From positions 179,753,775-179,807,782 of the forward strand of contig NC_068981.1 of NCBI RefSeq assembly GCF_001194135.2: a stretch of 54,008 nt of DNA, given 5' to 3'. The notes beneath the pieces were generated by a model, which was not told the origin of the DNA, did no database searches, and saw only the letters and a list, made by a program, of their open reading frames with translations. Positions 23,929-37,893 of the stretch are shown piece by piece (the stretch's first letter is position 1; each line of letters opens with the position of its first letter). The position numbers were made by a program, and so were the translations under genes. The DNA is from Octopus bimaculoides (Eukaryota).

Positions 23929-24247
23929 TGAACATATAAATGGCGAAGTATACTATAGACCTAAAATTAGTTCTCAATCTCAATCAATATGACGTTTGGT
24001 TTTATGGCTGAACCTTTGAATTACAGGAAAGATAGAGAGCGAAATAGAGTGAGTGAAAGAAAATACACGATCTCAGCACGGTGGTGGAACTTTACTGATT
24101 TCGAAAATTTGACCTCGGAGATATATGAACTCAGAGTATATCAGCTGCAATGCATCCGTCTCTCCAACGATTTAGCCAATTCGTAAATTTTCGTGTCCCA
24201 CGAATATTATATGATTCCAGCTACGACTATGTAGAAAAAATTATAAT

Positions 24248-24610
24248 ATGGACATGGATGAAAAATCGATGGCAAATGAAACGCAGAAAAGAGATAAGCC
24301 CAACTCGGAGGCATGCATAAGACCCATGAGGAAGAGCTCACCTCCCCTAAAGGAAAATATGAAATTTATGGTAATTTGAATGAACAAAGTGAAAGAAGTT
24401 AATATGTTGATGAAAAGAAAAGTTATGGAACGATTTGTTAGATCAGTTGAATTGTATACCATCGGTGAAGTTCACAAACGATATACAGTTGAGGACGTGG
24501 GAGGTTTCTGTTCTTATCAAACATAGATAATGCATACGAGAATTTTCTCTAGTGCCGGGTTTCCTGTACCTGGAATGGTGGAAGGTGATCGGGGTCGTCG
24601 GAAGGCCTGA
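24248..24610 (+). pseudogene. decayed ORF of unknown origin (possibly a retroelement ORF1)
   Basis: One frame from ATG 24248 runs about 120 codons with stops only at 24377, 24524 and 24608; protein-like composition; not recognised. Confidence 0.4.
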
Positions 24611-24832
24611 CTTTACCTAGATACAGCTTCTAACCCGTATGTGATTTGGTTATCATTATTTGCTTTTCTTTATATTTTTTTTATTTATATTTATATATGA
24701 ATGTATTTTATGTAATTATTCTCTTTTTATTTATTTTTAGTTGTTATTTGGAATATTGACCAAATGTTATTATGTCAGAATGTATTGTATAACGTTCTTT
24801 TCATAACCCTCACTTTTGGATGTATATGTGTA

Positions 24833-24881
<49 letters not shown>

Positions 24882-24965
24882 ATTCGTATCCACTTTTTTT
24901 AATTCCTTAGTACCAAATTCTACACGACTGTAGAGCCTATGCAGCAGAGTGATAAGATTTTTTGT

Positions 24966-25013
<48 letters not shown>

Positions 25014-25379
25014 CGTTGTTGTTGTTCTTCTTGTTGCTGTTTTGGCTTGAACGGAAATGTTTTTTTCGCACTGAACATTGATTTTTGGACTACTCCGTTT
25101 TACAAGGATTTTTCAGAATTTGGATCTTATTTTTGTTTTCTTTTTATGTTTGTGTCGCGTAAACCTATTTTATAAAGCAAGTGAATTTTCTTTAATAGAG
25201 TTTTGGAAAATTTTTATAGAACATTTATAATTTCTTATTTTTTACTTTTTGTTCGAATAGATTCGCAATAGCATCAAGTCAACCAGTAAATGCCAATAAA
25301 AGAACCATTAAGAAAAAATACAAACAGCTTTCAAAACATCTGTTGATAATTTGCTCTCTTGAAAAATAGAAAATAAAAC

Positions 25380-25575
25380 TCGGTGGTAGTTTAACAGTCG
25401 GAATAATGCATTGTGGTAATAATTTCGGCTCTTTACATCCTGATTTCAAATCCCGCCGATTTGCCATTCATAATCCAGGGATTGCTACGAAAACGTATCC
25501 GTTAAGTACTGGGTCGACTCGACTGACTAACTCCTCTACCTGCAAAATTTCCAAAATTATGCCTTGATTAGGGAA
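25380..25575 (+). mobile_element. SINE family B, highly degenerate
   Basis: CTGATTTCAAATCCCGCCGA...AAGTACTGGGTCGAC. Confidence 0.55.
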
Positions 25576-28500
25576 GTATTTCTCTAACCCTTCCATAGTC
25601 TTCATTTCTAGTATTCTCCTTCTCCTCATGTGTGTTTGTCCTTACAATTTAATCTACTCTCAAACACTTATATGGCTAATCCTACGATAATTCCATGCAT
25701 TAATTGTTGAAATCTAACTTAATACATTCAATTTTAATCATTTTAATAATTTGCTTTTTAATATACATATATTTTGGCACATTCGTCTGATGCAGTTGTT
25801 TTCATATCACATCTCAATCTATAAAATGATGTTAATAATGTTTCCAGGAGGAAAATACTCTTAAATCTTCTATTTGAAGGAGTTGGTTTACAATTTTCCC
25901 ATAGCATTTGTATTAAAAAAGTGGTTTCATTCAGAATCGGTGGAGCACCGATAAAGCTCAGTTGCAATATATTGTGACATTCTAACTTCAAATCCCACCG
26001 AGGTTAACTCACTTTTCGACCTTGCAATGTTCATTAAAATTCATCAATATATGTTATCAGTTCGATTACTGTTTTTCCCCACTGTTTATGCTAGTAATCT
26101 TTAGTATTATTTAGAATTTATTGACTGCTAGTCATTGTACTCTGAATTTCGTTATGCGTTTGTATGCTTGCATAGTTATTTTCTGAGATAAGGTACTTAT
26201 AGTGAATAGATGTTGGGTTTACGTGTCTGAAATAGTCATTAAAATTAATCCACTTTGCATCATGTATTATTAAATCATTAAGAAACACCATATCTCTTTT
26301 GGCAGTTTATGTAGATCGTCCCAAGGATTCAATGTATGCAATCTTATAGCAGTAGGCAATACGATATATATTTGATACTGTTTAAGCCAGTTCATCAATA
26401 TCTCTTCTCTCTAATTTATCTATTCAACGACAATGTTGCATAGATCAGTTATTGAATGCACTACATAAACAGCTACATTAATCCGTTAAACTTACTAAGG
26501 CACCAAGATCTTTGACATGATATTCATGCAACATGATTTGTCAAAAAACAAGCACAACACATTTACTCCCACAGAAACTGATATTGCAATATAAATCAAC
26601 ACATTCAAACCTAGTAACTATTTTAACAGCAAGTACTTCATTCTTTGCTAATCGCTTCAGCTGGCGTGAGCATGAAACAGTTTGGAAATGTATTTCTCGC
26701 TAAAATCATGCTTTACTGGTTTAGAATAATATATGGATTGCTATGAATATGTATCTTATCTTCACATTTTCTTATCCGTGCTGTATACACACACTCTAAA
26801 CTAAATGATATATTTCCTTTGTAAATCATATATCATGCTTGCACATTGCAGTTATGTTCCTAGAACGGATCTGTTTTATTACTATAACTTTCTGTATTCT
26901 GCTAGTTAATTAAGTTATCTCTATATAAGTCTGTAAAGTCCATTTATATGTGTGTGTGTGTGTACATGCGCATGCATGTATATATATGCATATGTATATG
27001 TATATGTATGTATATATATATATATATNNNNNNNNNNNNNNNNNNNNNNNNNNNNNNNNNNNNNNNNNNNNNNNNNNNNNNNNNNNNNNNNNNNNNNNNN
27101 NNNNNNNNNNNNNNNNNNNNNNNNNNNNNNNNNNNNNNNNNNNNNNNNNNNNNNNNNNNNNNNNNNNNNNNNNNNNNNNNNNNNNNNNNNNNNNNNNNNN
27201 NNNNNNNNNNNNNNNNNNNNNNNNNNNNNNNNNNNNNNNNNNNNNNNNNNNNNNNNNNNNNNNNNNNNNNNNNNNNNNNNNNNNNNNNNNNNNNNNNNNN
27301 NNNNNNNNNNNNNNNNNNNNNNNNNNNNNNNNNNNNNNNNNNNNNNNNNNNNNNNNNNNNNNNNNNNNNNNNNNNNNNNNNNNNNNNNNNNNNNNNNNNN
27401 NNNNNNNNNNNNNNNNNNNNNNNNNNNNNNNNNNNNNNNNNNNNNNNNNNNNNNNNNNNNNNNNNNNNATATATATCAACAATGAAACTGAAATTAAATA
27501 TGCAAAATTACTCAGAAGTTAAAATTCTAAACCGAAGGAGAACTTTAGAAACGCAAGCAGTAAAAATAAAAATGATTTAAAATATTAGAAAATATTTAAT
27601 CCGTATCATGGTGTAGGGGCTTTCAGTGGTTTTAAGCTGTGCTTTCCCCTGCGTTCCCACAATTATGCAAATTTACACTAAAGCTAATACAACCAGGAAA
27701 AAAACGTATAGTACAAGCCTATATCTACGGAGAAAGTGGAATGTTAGTAAACTCCTAAATAAATCATTATGTAGACGTTCATCTACTAGGGTCTTTTATT
27801 TGACAGTAACTATACGCGTCCACTTTCTTGGCGCCTTCACAGTAAGTAGAAAAACAAGTGACACTACAACTGTTGTGGTCATTCAGATTCAGTGTTGTGT
27901 GCCTTAGTTTAATGTCTGCGTAGTACATCGATAGGCATTCAAAGAGATTTAGATAGTATTTCGAATATGCATGGGAATATGTATGTGTGTACAAAATTTT
28001 GTGCGTGTGAGTATTTTTAATGCATGCTGATATCAAGATGTGATAATGGGTTCCTACGGCCAGATTGTTTATATATATCTACTAGATCTTACATACGTAT
28101 TATGCTAAGAAATCGTATCAGTCTTTGCGACTAACCTCATGTGACACAAGTGTGGGAATGCAAAAATAAATATAATTGTGTTTTTATATATTGTCACTGT
28201 ATTTATATTAATATAATGGCCTTCATATTAACTGCGTATTTAAATAGTTGAATGTTTTCTTATATATCATTCTATTATAATGAACGAAGATGTTTATTTT
28301 TCGAAGTATGTTTATACACGCATAAATTACTAATATATTTCAAATGATGTATTAAATGAACTGAAAATAGTCCATACATTCTGTCTTACAAGTTTGATAT
28401 AATCTTTGGTTAACCTGAGAATACGATTTATGAGTGAATTCGTTAATGTGGAAGAGGAGATGTTTCCATAATCTTATCAAGTCTTGTTCTAAATGATGGA

Positions 28501-30206
28501 TATGACGGATTGTCTACTGTTGATTGATTCGTTGAACATTGGTATTTAGTACAACATTTGAAAGGTAACGAACAGAACTATAGAAAGATGCAGTTCTTTT
28601 GAGAAACTATTTGGAAAATAGAGTACTAGGCAGGGAAAAATGACCCTGGATAGGTTTTCAATAAATAATGTTTGTGTGCAACTTGCCAGCGTGTAGTATC
28701 AATAATCTATTTTACTGACCAGAATCATCAGTCTTGGGGGTTTATATTCACTTTCATAGCCAAGTACATTTGAATAACATGTAAATGAATCATAAGCTTC
28801 GATATACACATATTCAGAGTATCAAAATGTCAGCTATAAAAGAAAATGCCTCGTACGTCTAAAACCTTAATACAGTAAAGAGGAGTCCAGGTTCTACTAA
28901 TGGTCGAAGTTTAACCTGCTTCAATGCTACGAAACCATTAAACTGAATCAAGATATATTAGTTCTTTCATTCTTTTTTATTTATCTTTTGTTTGTTTGCT
29001 CTTTTTATTACTTTGGTTGTTATTCTTTACCACTTCCCATGAATCATCAGAAGATACGATATCTGCAGATATATGATATTGAATTTTTGAAACGTTAATT
29101 TCAAATGATTTATTTTTTATTATCTCGTTCACGCTATTAGAAATTTTTTACCAAATATTTCGTAGAAGATACAACGCCAAAAAAATTGTTCAAATTAATA
29201 TTCTTAATACTAACACGTTTTAAAAGTGAGAATTGTGGAAAAGATAGCAAATTCAATTAAAGTTACTTCATCCTTTATTTGCTTAAATATTACTTAAACA
29301 CGTCAAACACAAATTTTGCTTCTTTTCTCTCCTCCTTTTACAAAATTCGAAATTTGATCATAAGAAAAAAGACTGAGAATTCATTGCTGTAAAGTAATGT
29401 TTATCTTTCAATTTAATATACCATTTTTGTTAAATGTATTCGTATTTCCTANNNNNNNNNNNNNNNNNNNNNNNNNNNNNNNNNNNNNNNNNNNNNNNNN
29501 NNNNNNNNNNNNNNNNNNNNNNNTATATATCCTGAAACGCGAATCTATTCTAACAACTATATTTAGGTTTGACTAAGTATCATTTCTACCCTCAATCTGT
29601 AACGTATTCAATTCTATGTATGTGTATTTGGGATATCATTTTAGTTTCCAGAACAAATGTTGATGTGTGAATCAATTTATGCTTTCCAAACATCTTTATG
29701 TCAACGGCTTTGTGCGCTTGACTAAATACATATTTTTGTTGCTTTTTTTCCATATATTTTCATTCAACAATTATTACAATTAAATAAATTTACTTACCCA
29801 TAGGATGTCTGTGGTCCATGTGGTTTAACGTATGTATTCCCTGAATCCCATGGAACTGCAAAGGAGAAAAGGAGTTCTTTATAATTTATATTTCCGCAGA
29901 AATAGTAACAGAACTCTTTCTAGCGTAGTCACATGACGTAAATATTGAAAAGTAAATATTTAGGATTATAACTGATAAAGGGTTTTATAGAAAACAGAAA
30001 AGGGTAGAGGGTCGCAAAAGAAGTGGTGCATTGCATAGACAATAATTATTACCTTCGTTTTACATGTCGCTAAAGTACTAGTCTTGAATTGATAATTGAT
30101 TAAACATGACAAAGACTATCGGAATCTATGGCGCGCTTTACACAATACCTATTCTTCTCAGAAATAAATATTAACAATATTAATCATATTTATAATAATA
30201 ATAATA

Positions 30207-30402
30207 ACCCTTTCTAATATAGGCACAAGGCCTGAAATTTTGAGGAAGGGGATAAGTCGATTACATCGACCTCAGTTCATAACTGGTAATTATTTCATCA
30301 ACCCCAAAAGAATGAAAGGCAAAGTCGACTTCGGCAGAATCTGAACTCAGAACGTAGCGACGGGCGAAATACCGCTAAGCTTTTCGTCCAGTTCACCGCC
30401 TT
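30207..30402 (-). mobile_element. SINE family B
   Basis: GAATGAAAGGCAAAGTCGAC...GAACTCAGAACGTAGCGACGGGCGAAATACCGCTAAGC. Confidence 0.9.
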
Positions 30403-30656
30403 CATCCTTAAACAACTCTTATTCAGGGACAGTTTGAGTGAGATAGGCTACTTGACCTGAAGAAGATTAACAGGGCCCCACCTCCAAGGTCATGCGTTGT
30501 TTATCTTGATACAAGGTCAACATGTTGCGCACATATCGTTATGATGCAAGTGTCTGGTGTACTCTTATCAGACGGTTCGTCACGATGGTTATATTGGGCT
30601 TCGTATATTTCTACCTCAGTGTCACTTTGATTGCAAGCATTGCTCAATAATAATAA

Positions 30657-30810
30657 TCTTTTCTACTATAGGCTTAAGGCTTGAAATTTTGGAGTCAGTG
30701 GACAGTCGATTACATCGACCCCAGTGTTTCATTGGTACTTAATTTATTGACTCCGAAAAGTTAACCCCGGAGACATTTGAACTCTGAGGCAAAGACGGAC
30801 GAAATGCCGT
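30657..30810 (-). mobile_element. SINE family B, 5' truncated
   Basis: GTCGATTACATCGACCCCAGTG...ATTTGAACTCTG. Confidence 0.8.
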
Positions 30811-31413
30811 TCATCATCATCATCATTCCCACCATCATTATGCTCTCACTAATTTCATGCGAGTCATTACTACTTCATGAGTTAGCTCGTTCATGTTTTC
30901 AGATGTGAAAAGTAATGACTCATAGGCGAGTAGAATTGTGTTTGTATAAGACCTGTGTGTTACTTTGCTTTCTTGTTTCTGATGTAAAAGTAATGTTTCA
31001 TCTGTTAGTTGTGTAGAATATGTGCAATGTGGTTTTTGTTCTTTTGTTTTGTTGGATGGTAATAGCGTTTTGTATTGTGTTTTTATGTAGATGATTGTAT
31101 CATGCGATATTCTCATTATCATTTCTTCCTTTATTAATGAACACAGGGAACATCTACATAAATAATATTTACATTAAAATAGGCATTGGTATTTTCGAGG
31201 ACCTAAGGTAAACAAAGTAACTGTAGCAAAATTTTGAATACCTCAGCAACTTCACGATTTACATAGAAAATTCATAGTTCCGCTTCACATTTAAAAAGTT
31301 ACTGTAGAAGCGAAATCGTTTCTGCAGCCTTATACATCTGATAAATATGGGAAGTAAGATTAGTTCCAAGAGGCATTTCAGTCTCACCTTTGCTGCTATC
31401 ATAAATGATACAT

Positions 31414-31782
31414 GCGGAGGTGCAATGGCCCAATGGTTAGGGCAGCGGACTCGCGGTCATAGGATCGCGGTTTCGATTCCCAGACCGGGCGTTGTGAGTG
31501 TTTATTGAGCGAAAATACCTAAAGCTCTACGAGGCTCCGGCAGGGGATGGTGGCGAACCCTGCTGTACTCTTCCACCACAACTTTCTCTCACTCTTACTT
31601 CCTGTTTCTGTTGTGCCTGTAATTCAAAGGGTCAGCCTTGTCACACTGTGTCACGCTGAATATCACCGAGAACTACGTTAAGGGTACACGTGTCCGTGGA
31701 GTGCTCAGCCACTTGCACGTTAATTTCACGAGCAGGCTGTTCCGTTGATTGGGTCAACTGGAACCCTCGACGTCGTAAGCGA
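31414..31782 (+). mobile_element. SINE family C (tRNA-derived), full length
   Basis: Box A TGGCCCAATGG, box B GGTTTCGATTCC; aligns along its length with the reverse complement of 48646-49035. Confidence 0.93.
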
Positions 31783-32898
31783 TATATATTTAATCATTCT
31801 ACCTCATAATCTCTGAAAAACTATTATATTAATTAAATATTTCAATAAATACTAGGATTAGACTTAGATAGATGGATTGTGCATTCGAAGGAACAACTTC
31901 ATATAATGTTGTGACGCTGTTTGAGGGACATGAAATTCTAGAACTAATGACGAGGCATATGTACTATCTCCCAAGCTGCTAGTAATAGCAACTAAATAAT
32001 GTTCAATTGAGAGTGAAAACATTTGACAGCCAGAGTTGGTCAGCCATATACATCGAAATGATTTCAAAATGGTTGCAGTTGCTATTGCTGTTGCTGCTAT
32101 TGTTGTGGGGTTGCTTAACCTCAGGTCAATCATGATTGATCAGTCGCGTATGATCAAAGGTAAGCCAGCCGTGAAGGTCTCGTTTGTTAATCAGATAGAG
32201 AGTATGTAGAAACACATTATCCTATGTATCGTTTACTTTAAAGACAATAGATCATGATCCGAAGGAAATGAGGCTATTTTTTATAGCAGGTCGAATATGT
32301 AGACACACCGTCGTTGGCGTAATTTTAAATGGTTACTCGGGTGTTAGTGATATTGGAGGAAATAAAGATGTTGTAGCTTTGGTAGAACAGTCAAAATAAA
32401 AAAAAATTAAAAAAACAGAAAGAAAACGATAAAGATGGAGCTTTTTCTTTGATTGATGACTGGATGATACGACCGAATTATACATGCAAAACTATGAATA
32501 GAGCGAAACGTTGCATGAACTCTAAACTCGAATAGTTGATACAGTGCGTTGTGGTAGGTTCGGCGAATGTTATCAAATGCGCTAATTCTTTTTATTGATT
32601 CCAATAATGTTATTTTAATGAATTAAGTACACACGCTCCAACAGCCATGTAAACAAAGATATATAGTTGTGTACATAAGTATAAATGTGTGTGTGTGTGT
32701 GTATACATATATATTTATATATATATAGAGAGAGAGAGAGGGGGGGAAGAAGAGAGAGAGAGAAAAAGAGACAGACATACAGAGATACAGAGAAAGAAAT
32801 CCGACAATATACACATAGTAGTGTGTGTTTGCAAAGGGATATATGAAGACATATCTATATTTCTATATATATATATCTGTATATGCGTGTGCTTGCAT

Positions 32899-32946
<48 letters not shown>

Positions 32947-34462
32947 TACATAATTACATTTTCACTAAAACATTTGTGTGGCTATATAAACATGTATCTG
33001 TTTATATTAGATTTAGGTAAGTTTTATTAACTCCCGCAAATATATCGCAATCCTCACTTTATTTTCTATAGAGTCTGAAAATAAATGTTCACAATTCAAC
33101 AGGAATGGGATGATGGTACCACTGTATATATTGCTATTCATAGCTGCCTTCCTCCTACAATGTGATATTTCGAGTTTTAAAAAGCTTACTCTGTGTACAT
33201 TCCGTTATTATTCACACCAAACGCCTACATCTCTAGCTAGTAAATATATCCACGCTATGAATTAGATGAATGATATTCAGACTAAAATGTTTTTTTCCTG
33301 TCAGTTGCCGTTGGTTTTTTCATATATCATCAAAGCACACGCTCCGCAATAAGTACCATTGAAAATATTTTGAGATCCCTTTGCGCTTTTATTAAAAAAA
33401 ATTAAGGCTTTTTTTTTTTTCTTCATATAATGAATTTTTATCATAATTCTCAATGCCCCATAAAATGAATTTTTATTTAAGAAGGGAAACAAGGTCAGAA
33501 ATTTATTCAGCATGGCAATGGCCTTATGTTATGGTGATGCTTCTCTATCAATAGAATTAATAGCAGATGTGATGCAGAATAAAATAACCAAGGTGGGTTT
33601 TTCCACTATTGGTTCTGCCATATCGACAATTGAAGGAGGAAAAAAAACTATGAGCGGGAGGTGTTAGCTGCTACAACAGCAAAAAAAAAAGTCACAATGA
33701 GCGAGTTACGATGCAAAGATCCAAACGGCTCTCTGAGTGTTTTCTCTAAATGTTAAATTGCACAAGCGCGCGCGCAAATTTTTGTGTGTTTGTGTAGTCA
33801 GGCACTGTTGTTAATCTACAGTGAATAAATTGCCTCAACACTTATTTTTACCAAGAACATCTACATGATCAAGCAGTGCTCAAGCATAGTCTTGGTTGCG
33901 ACAGTCAAATACACATAAGAATCATGTTATGTTTAAAATTAAAAACAAAACGTATGAGATTACATGATGGTAAGTGATTCATTAATGCTATTCCTTTCTT
34001 CCTTATGTAAAACCAAGTTTCTCAACTATGCATAGTGTTCGAATCAAGACTTCGACGGTTTCTTTTCTTTTCTGCCTTTTTTTTTCTTTTCTTTGTCGTC
34101 AATCATACTGCATGATTCTTACACCACCCGTCCTCGTGAATTTTATATTTTCAATAGAGAGTGGACACAGGGGTAATTCTGTATTGCAGTACTACGTGGA
34201 CTCAGCTACGTTGACCACGTATTACTGCCAACAGCGTATACCGTGCCAGTAAACTACACAGTAACTCCGATCAAGTGACGTTACTGAGGAGAAAGGAAAA
34301 GGTTCTCTAAGGAGCGGAGAGATCTGTGTAAACTGAAAAGAGGATGGACAAATTACTATATTTAATAAAATTAACATCGTTCAAGTATTTGAAGTTATCC
34401 ATCATCATGGCAAATATAGAATAATACGCATGCATTTCATCTTATCTGAGGGGCAGTAAAAA

Positions 34463-34627
34463 CGGTATTTCGTCTGTCTTTACGTTCTGAGTTCAAATTC
34501 CGCCGAGGTCGACTTTGCCTTTCATCCTTTCGGGGTCGATAAATTAAGTACCAGTTATGCACTGGGTCGATGTAATCGACTGGCCCCCTCCCTCAAAATG
34601 TTAAGCCTTGTGCCTAGAGTAGAAAAG

Positions 34628-34684
<57 letters not shown>
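34463..34684 (+). mobile_element. SINE family B, 5' truncated, with (ATT)n tail
   Basis: CTGAGTTCAAATTCCGCCGAGGTCGACTTTGCCTTTCATCC...AGAGTAGAAAAG(ATT)n. Confidence 0.93.
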
Positions 34685-34717
34685 GTTGTTGTTGTTTTTG
34701 TTGTTGTTGTTGTTATA

Positions 34718-34932
34718 AAAAGCGGTGAACCGGCAGAATCGTTAGCACGCCGAACAAAATTCTTAGCGGCATTTCACCGGTCTTCACGTTTTCAACACAA
34801 ATGCTGCTGGGTTCGACATTGCCTTTAATTTTTCCGAGGTCGATGAAATAAGTACTCATGAGTGATGAGGTCAATGTAATCGACATCTTCTCTCTACCCC
34901 AAAATTGCTGGCCTTGCACCAAAATTTATGAT
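34718..34932 (+). mobile_element. SINE family B, diverged
   Basis: GCGGTGAACCGGCAGAATCGTTAGCACGCC...GGCCTTGCACCAAAATTT. Confidence 0.85.
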
Positions 34933-35469
34933 GATTCTCGTCATTATTATTATTGTTGCTGTTGTTGGTTAATTGGGGACTTGTCCATTCGAGAAGCATT
35001 AGCCTACGTTCAATCTTACTACGTCTGCACCCAAACAAGACACAGGTAAAGACCGACTGTCATATTTACAAGATTTTATCCTATGATTAAGAGCAATTCA
35101 CGTTTTATGGGAAACAGAATATTCCAGGACACTCAAGTCGATTCGTTTAAAGTTGTTTTATAATGAAACTTCTTGTTTATATAATCATTTATCGCCAATG
35201 ATTTTTTATTATTATTACAGAGTCACGTACACAGAAACACGTTCTGAAAACATTTCATTATTTTCGATGAAGTCATTCAGATAATTTTTATTGTTTTGTT
35301 TTTGGTCGGTATAGATGGTCAGTAATTAGATTCTATATACTGCAATACCATTTTGTAATCATACTTCATAAATATTCGCCTCACTCTTCTGCAATAATTA
35401 CAACGTATTTTCTTCAACAGGTTTTCTCATGCTGTATCAGCTCATCTCTCTCGTATCCTATCCCGAAAC

Positions 35470-35534
<65 letters not shown>

Positions 35535-35647
35535 NNNNNNNNNNNNNNNNNNNNNNNNNNNNNNNNNNNNNNNNNNNNNNNNNNNNNNNNNNNNNNNNNN
35601 NNNNNNNNNNNNNNNNNNNNNNNNNNNNNGTGTGTGTATACATACAT

Positions 35648-35678
<31 letters not shown>

Positions 35679-35991
35679 GTATGTATACACACACAAACAA
35701 TTATAACATTTACATACGACACACGCTCACACTTTTGCACACACGTGCGCACACGCAAATATGTGTCTCTAATTCTTCGAAACGCTTGGTTTAGAATAAT
35801 GGCAGCTGATGAAGGAAATATTCTCTATGTGGCCTGTTTGTTTTCTGCGCTCAGATTATGTTCTGTTTTTCATTTTTTGCACGTTTTTTTGCAACGTCAA
35901 TATACCCAGATATGCATCTATATATACATGTAGATGTAGGTATGTACATACATGTACGTATATATGCATATACTCACATATTATTTGTATT

Positions 35992-36044
<53 letters not shown>

Positions 36045-37340
36045 AATGCTACTCCTATCAAAACTTGCATTCAGGAAACCGTCAAAACACAAGGACACAG
36101 CCGGTGGGTAGAAATGCCCCCCCCCCACTACATTAGACTGTTCAATGAAAGCAACTTTCCCTGTTTTTGTTGCAAGATCTTGAAAGAAACCAGTATTACA
36201 TACTGGTTCACCAGTATTACCTATATATACACCTATCTATTACACGATAATAAATAAGTAAATAAATAAGGAACAGTTTACTCAATTTTTTAGAAATGAA
36301 ACTGGAAACATGGAGTAAGGGTTAATGTTGAAGACAAAATACTAAGGTTAAAATAATAATATGAAGCTTTTTTTTTTAGAATCTTAAAAAAAAAGCTGGT
36401 TGTAATTAAAAAATTATATATATTCAGAATTAAAAATGAAATTAAAAATCATTAAACATTCCGAAAAATCTTAAAAGTTAAAAATCAAAATCAAAAGTTA
36501 GATACTCAAATGTAAAATTAACGTTAAAATTAAAATTTAATCACGTATTGAAAAAATTCTTTTTAAAAATAATTCCAAGTTTATAAAAAAAATATAGAAG
36601 AAAAATTTAAAAAATTTAAAAAAACGAAAATAAAGACTAAAAATAAAAATTTAGATATTAAAAAAAAAAATTATTCAAAAATTCAAAAATTAAGAATAAA
36701 AAGAATTATAAAGTAAAAATGTAAGATTTAAAAATAGGAATTGGAAAATTTAAAACTCGAAATTTTTTTTTAAATGAAAGCTTAAAATTTTATTAAAAAA
36801 TTAACTTTCACTTAACGGTAGATATTAAAAAATGAAAAATAAAAGATTAAAAATAAAATGAAGTAAAACGAAATATGAAATTGAAATGATTTAAGCCTTA
36901 AGAGGAGCGGCATAAAATATATACGTATACTACATACACACACCAGCAAACGCACATATGTGTGCGTTTGGGTGTGTGTGTAAACTATATATATAAAAGG
37001 AAAATGCACACAGTTTACATAGTCTCAATATATATTTTTAATATATTTTATAAGTGAACGAGCATTGTGTTTGTCGGCCGGTTTCGCTTTCGCTAATCAT
37101 GACATTGTTATTATTATAATTTTGTATTTTCGTAAGAAGATTTTTGTCCATGTTCTTGCATGAAATTTGGTGAATGAATCACCAAGTAGAAAAATCTAAG
37201 GGGTGGGGTAATTAGTGATCGTTATTGTTCGGGATAGAGGAAGTGATTGCTCTTGGCGGGGGAGTGAGGATAAACAAATATACAAAAACTCAAAGCTAAA
37301 GTTGCGAGATGAAATGTGTACAGTGATGGGTGTGTGATCA

Positions 37341-37382
<42 letters not shown>

Positions 37383-37812
37383 ATACATTCACATACAAGC
37401 TATATAAACGTGTCATAAGTACAAGAAACTCATTCACAGCCAGAATTCCTCCTTTAGAATTTGGAGGAAGCCAAAAGTCCCGGACCCATATATGGGACTT
37501 AAAAGACAGCCAGCTATACCATGAAATTGAAAGCACAATCCTCATGCCAACGGCAGCAGTAAGTGCAGTGTTTGCAACACAGAAAGGTTGCTCATCTTGA
37601 CGGGCTTACTGGGTCACATGACGTATCTAATGCCAAAAACTAAAACTCTTGATAGCTAGCCGTATGTCATTACACACCTGTTGGTCCATTCTCTGCAATA
37701 TTTTTTCTACCCTCTGATCGCATACCCGTTGAATTTGGGTTTACTTCTATATTAGCCTTTTATGTTTCAGATATTAATATTATTGTAATGTTATTATAAG
37801 TTCGAATACGCT

Positions 37813-37893
37813 TGAGGCACGTTCGAACAAACTACTCAGTGCGTTTTGTTACGGAAAATATAGTAGCTTGTTCACCGGCTCGAACGTGCCTCA
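37813..37893. repeat. 81-bp hairpin with a perfect 14-bp outer stem
   Basis: TGAGGCACGTTCGA ... TCGAACGTGCCTCA, plus imperfect inner ACAAACTACT/AGTAGCTTGT. Confidence 0.85.

Noticed and set aside
26496-26577. Minus-strand exon candidate SVGVNVLCLFFDKSCCMNIMSKILVP
   Set aside because: Weak acceptor, no recognisable homology, no partner exon.
27807-27841. 35-nt plus-strand exon candidate (NYTRPLSWRLH or TIRVHFLGAFT)
   Set aside because: Good splice sites, but too short and frame-ambiguous; expected by chance in 54 kb.
30410-30600. GC-richer segment between two SINEs that looks like an interspersed repeat
   Set aside because: Single copy in the window with no diagnostic ends; cannot be classified without a database.
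34130-34290. CpG-richer segment with a strong minus-strand acceptor (TSLDRSYCVVYWHG)
   Set aside because: All frames close before the strong donor; the DR-motif resemblance is not persuasive.
35774-35830. Circularly permuted hammerhead (GAAACGCUUGG ... CUGAUGAAGGAAAU)
   Set aside because: Both core halves are present, but no helix I pairing can be drawn; at most a PLE-like remnant.
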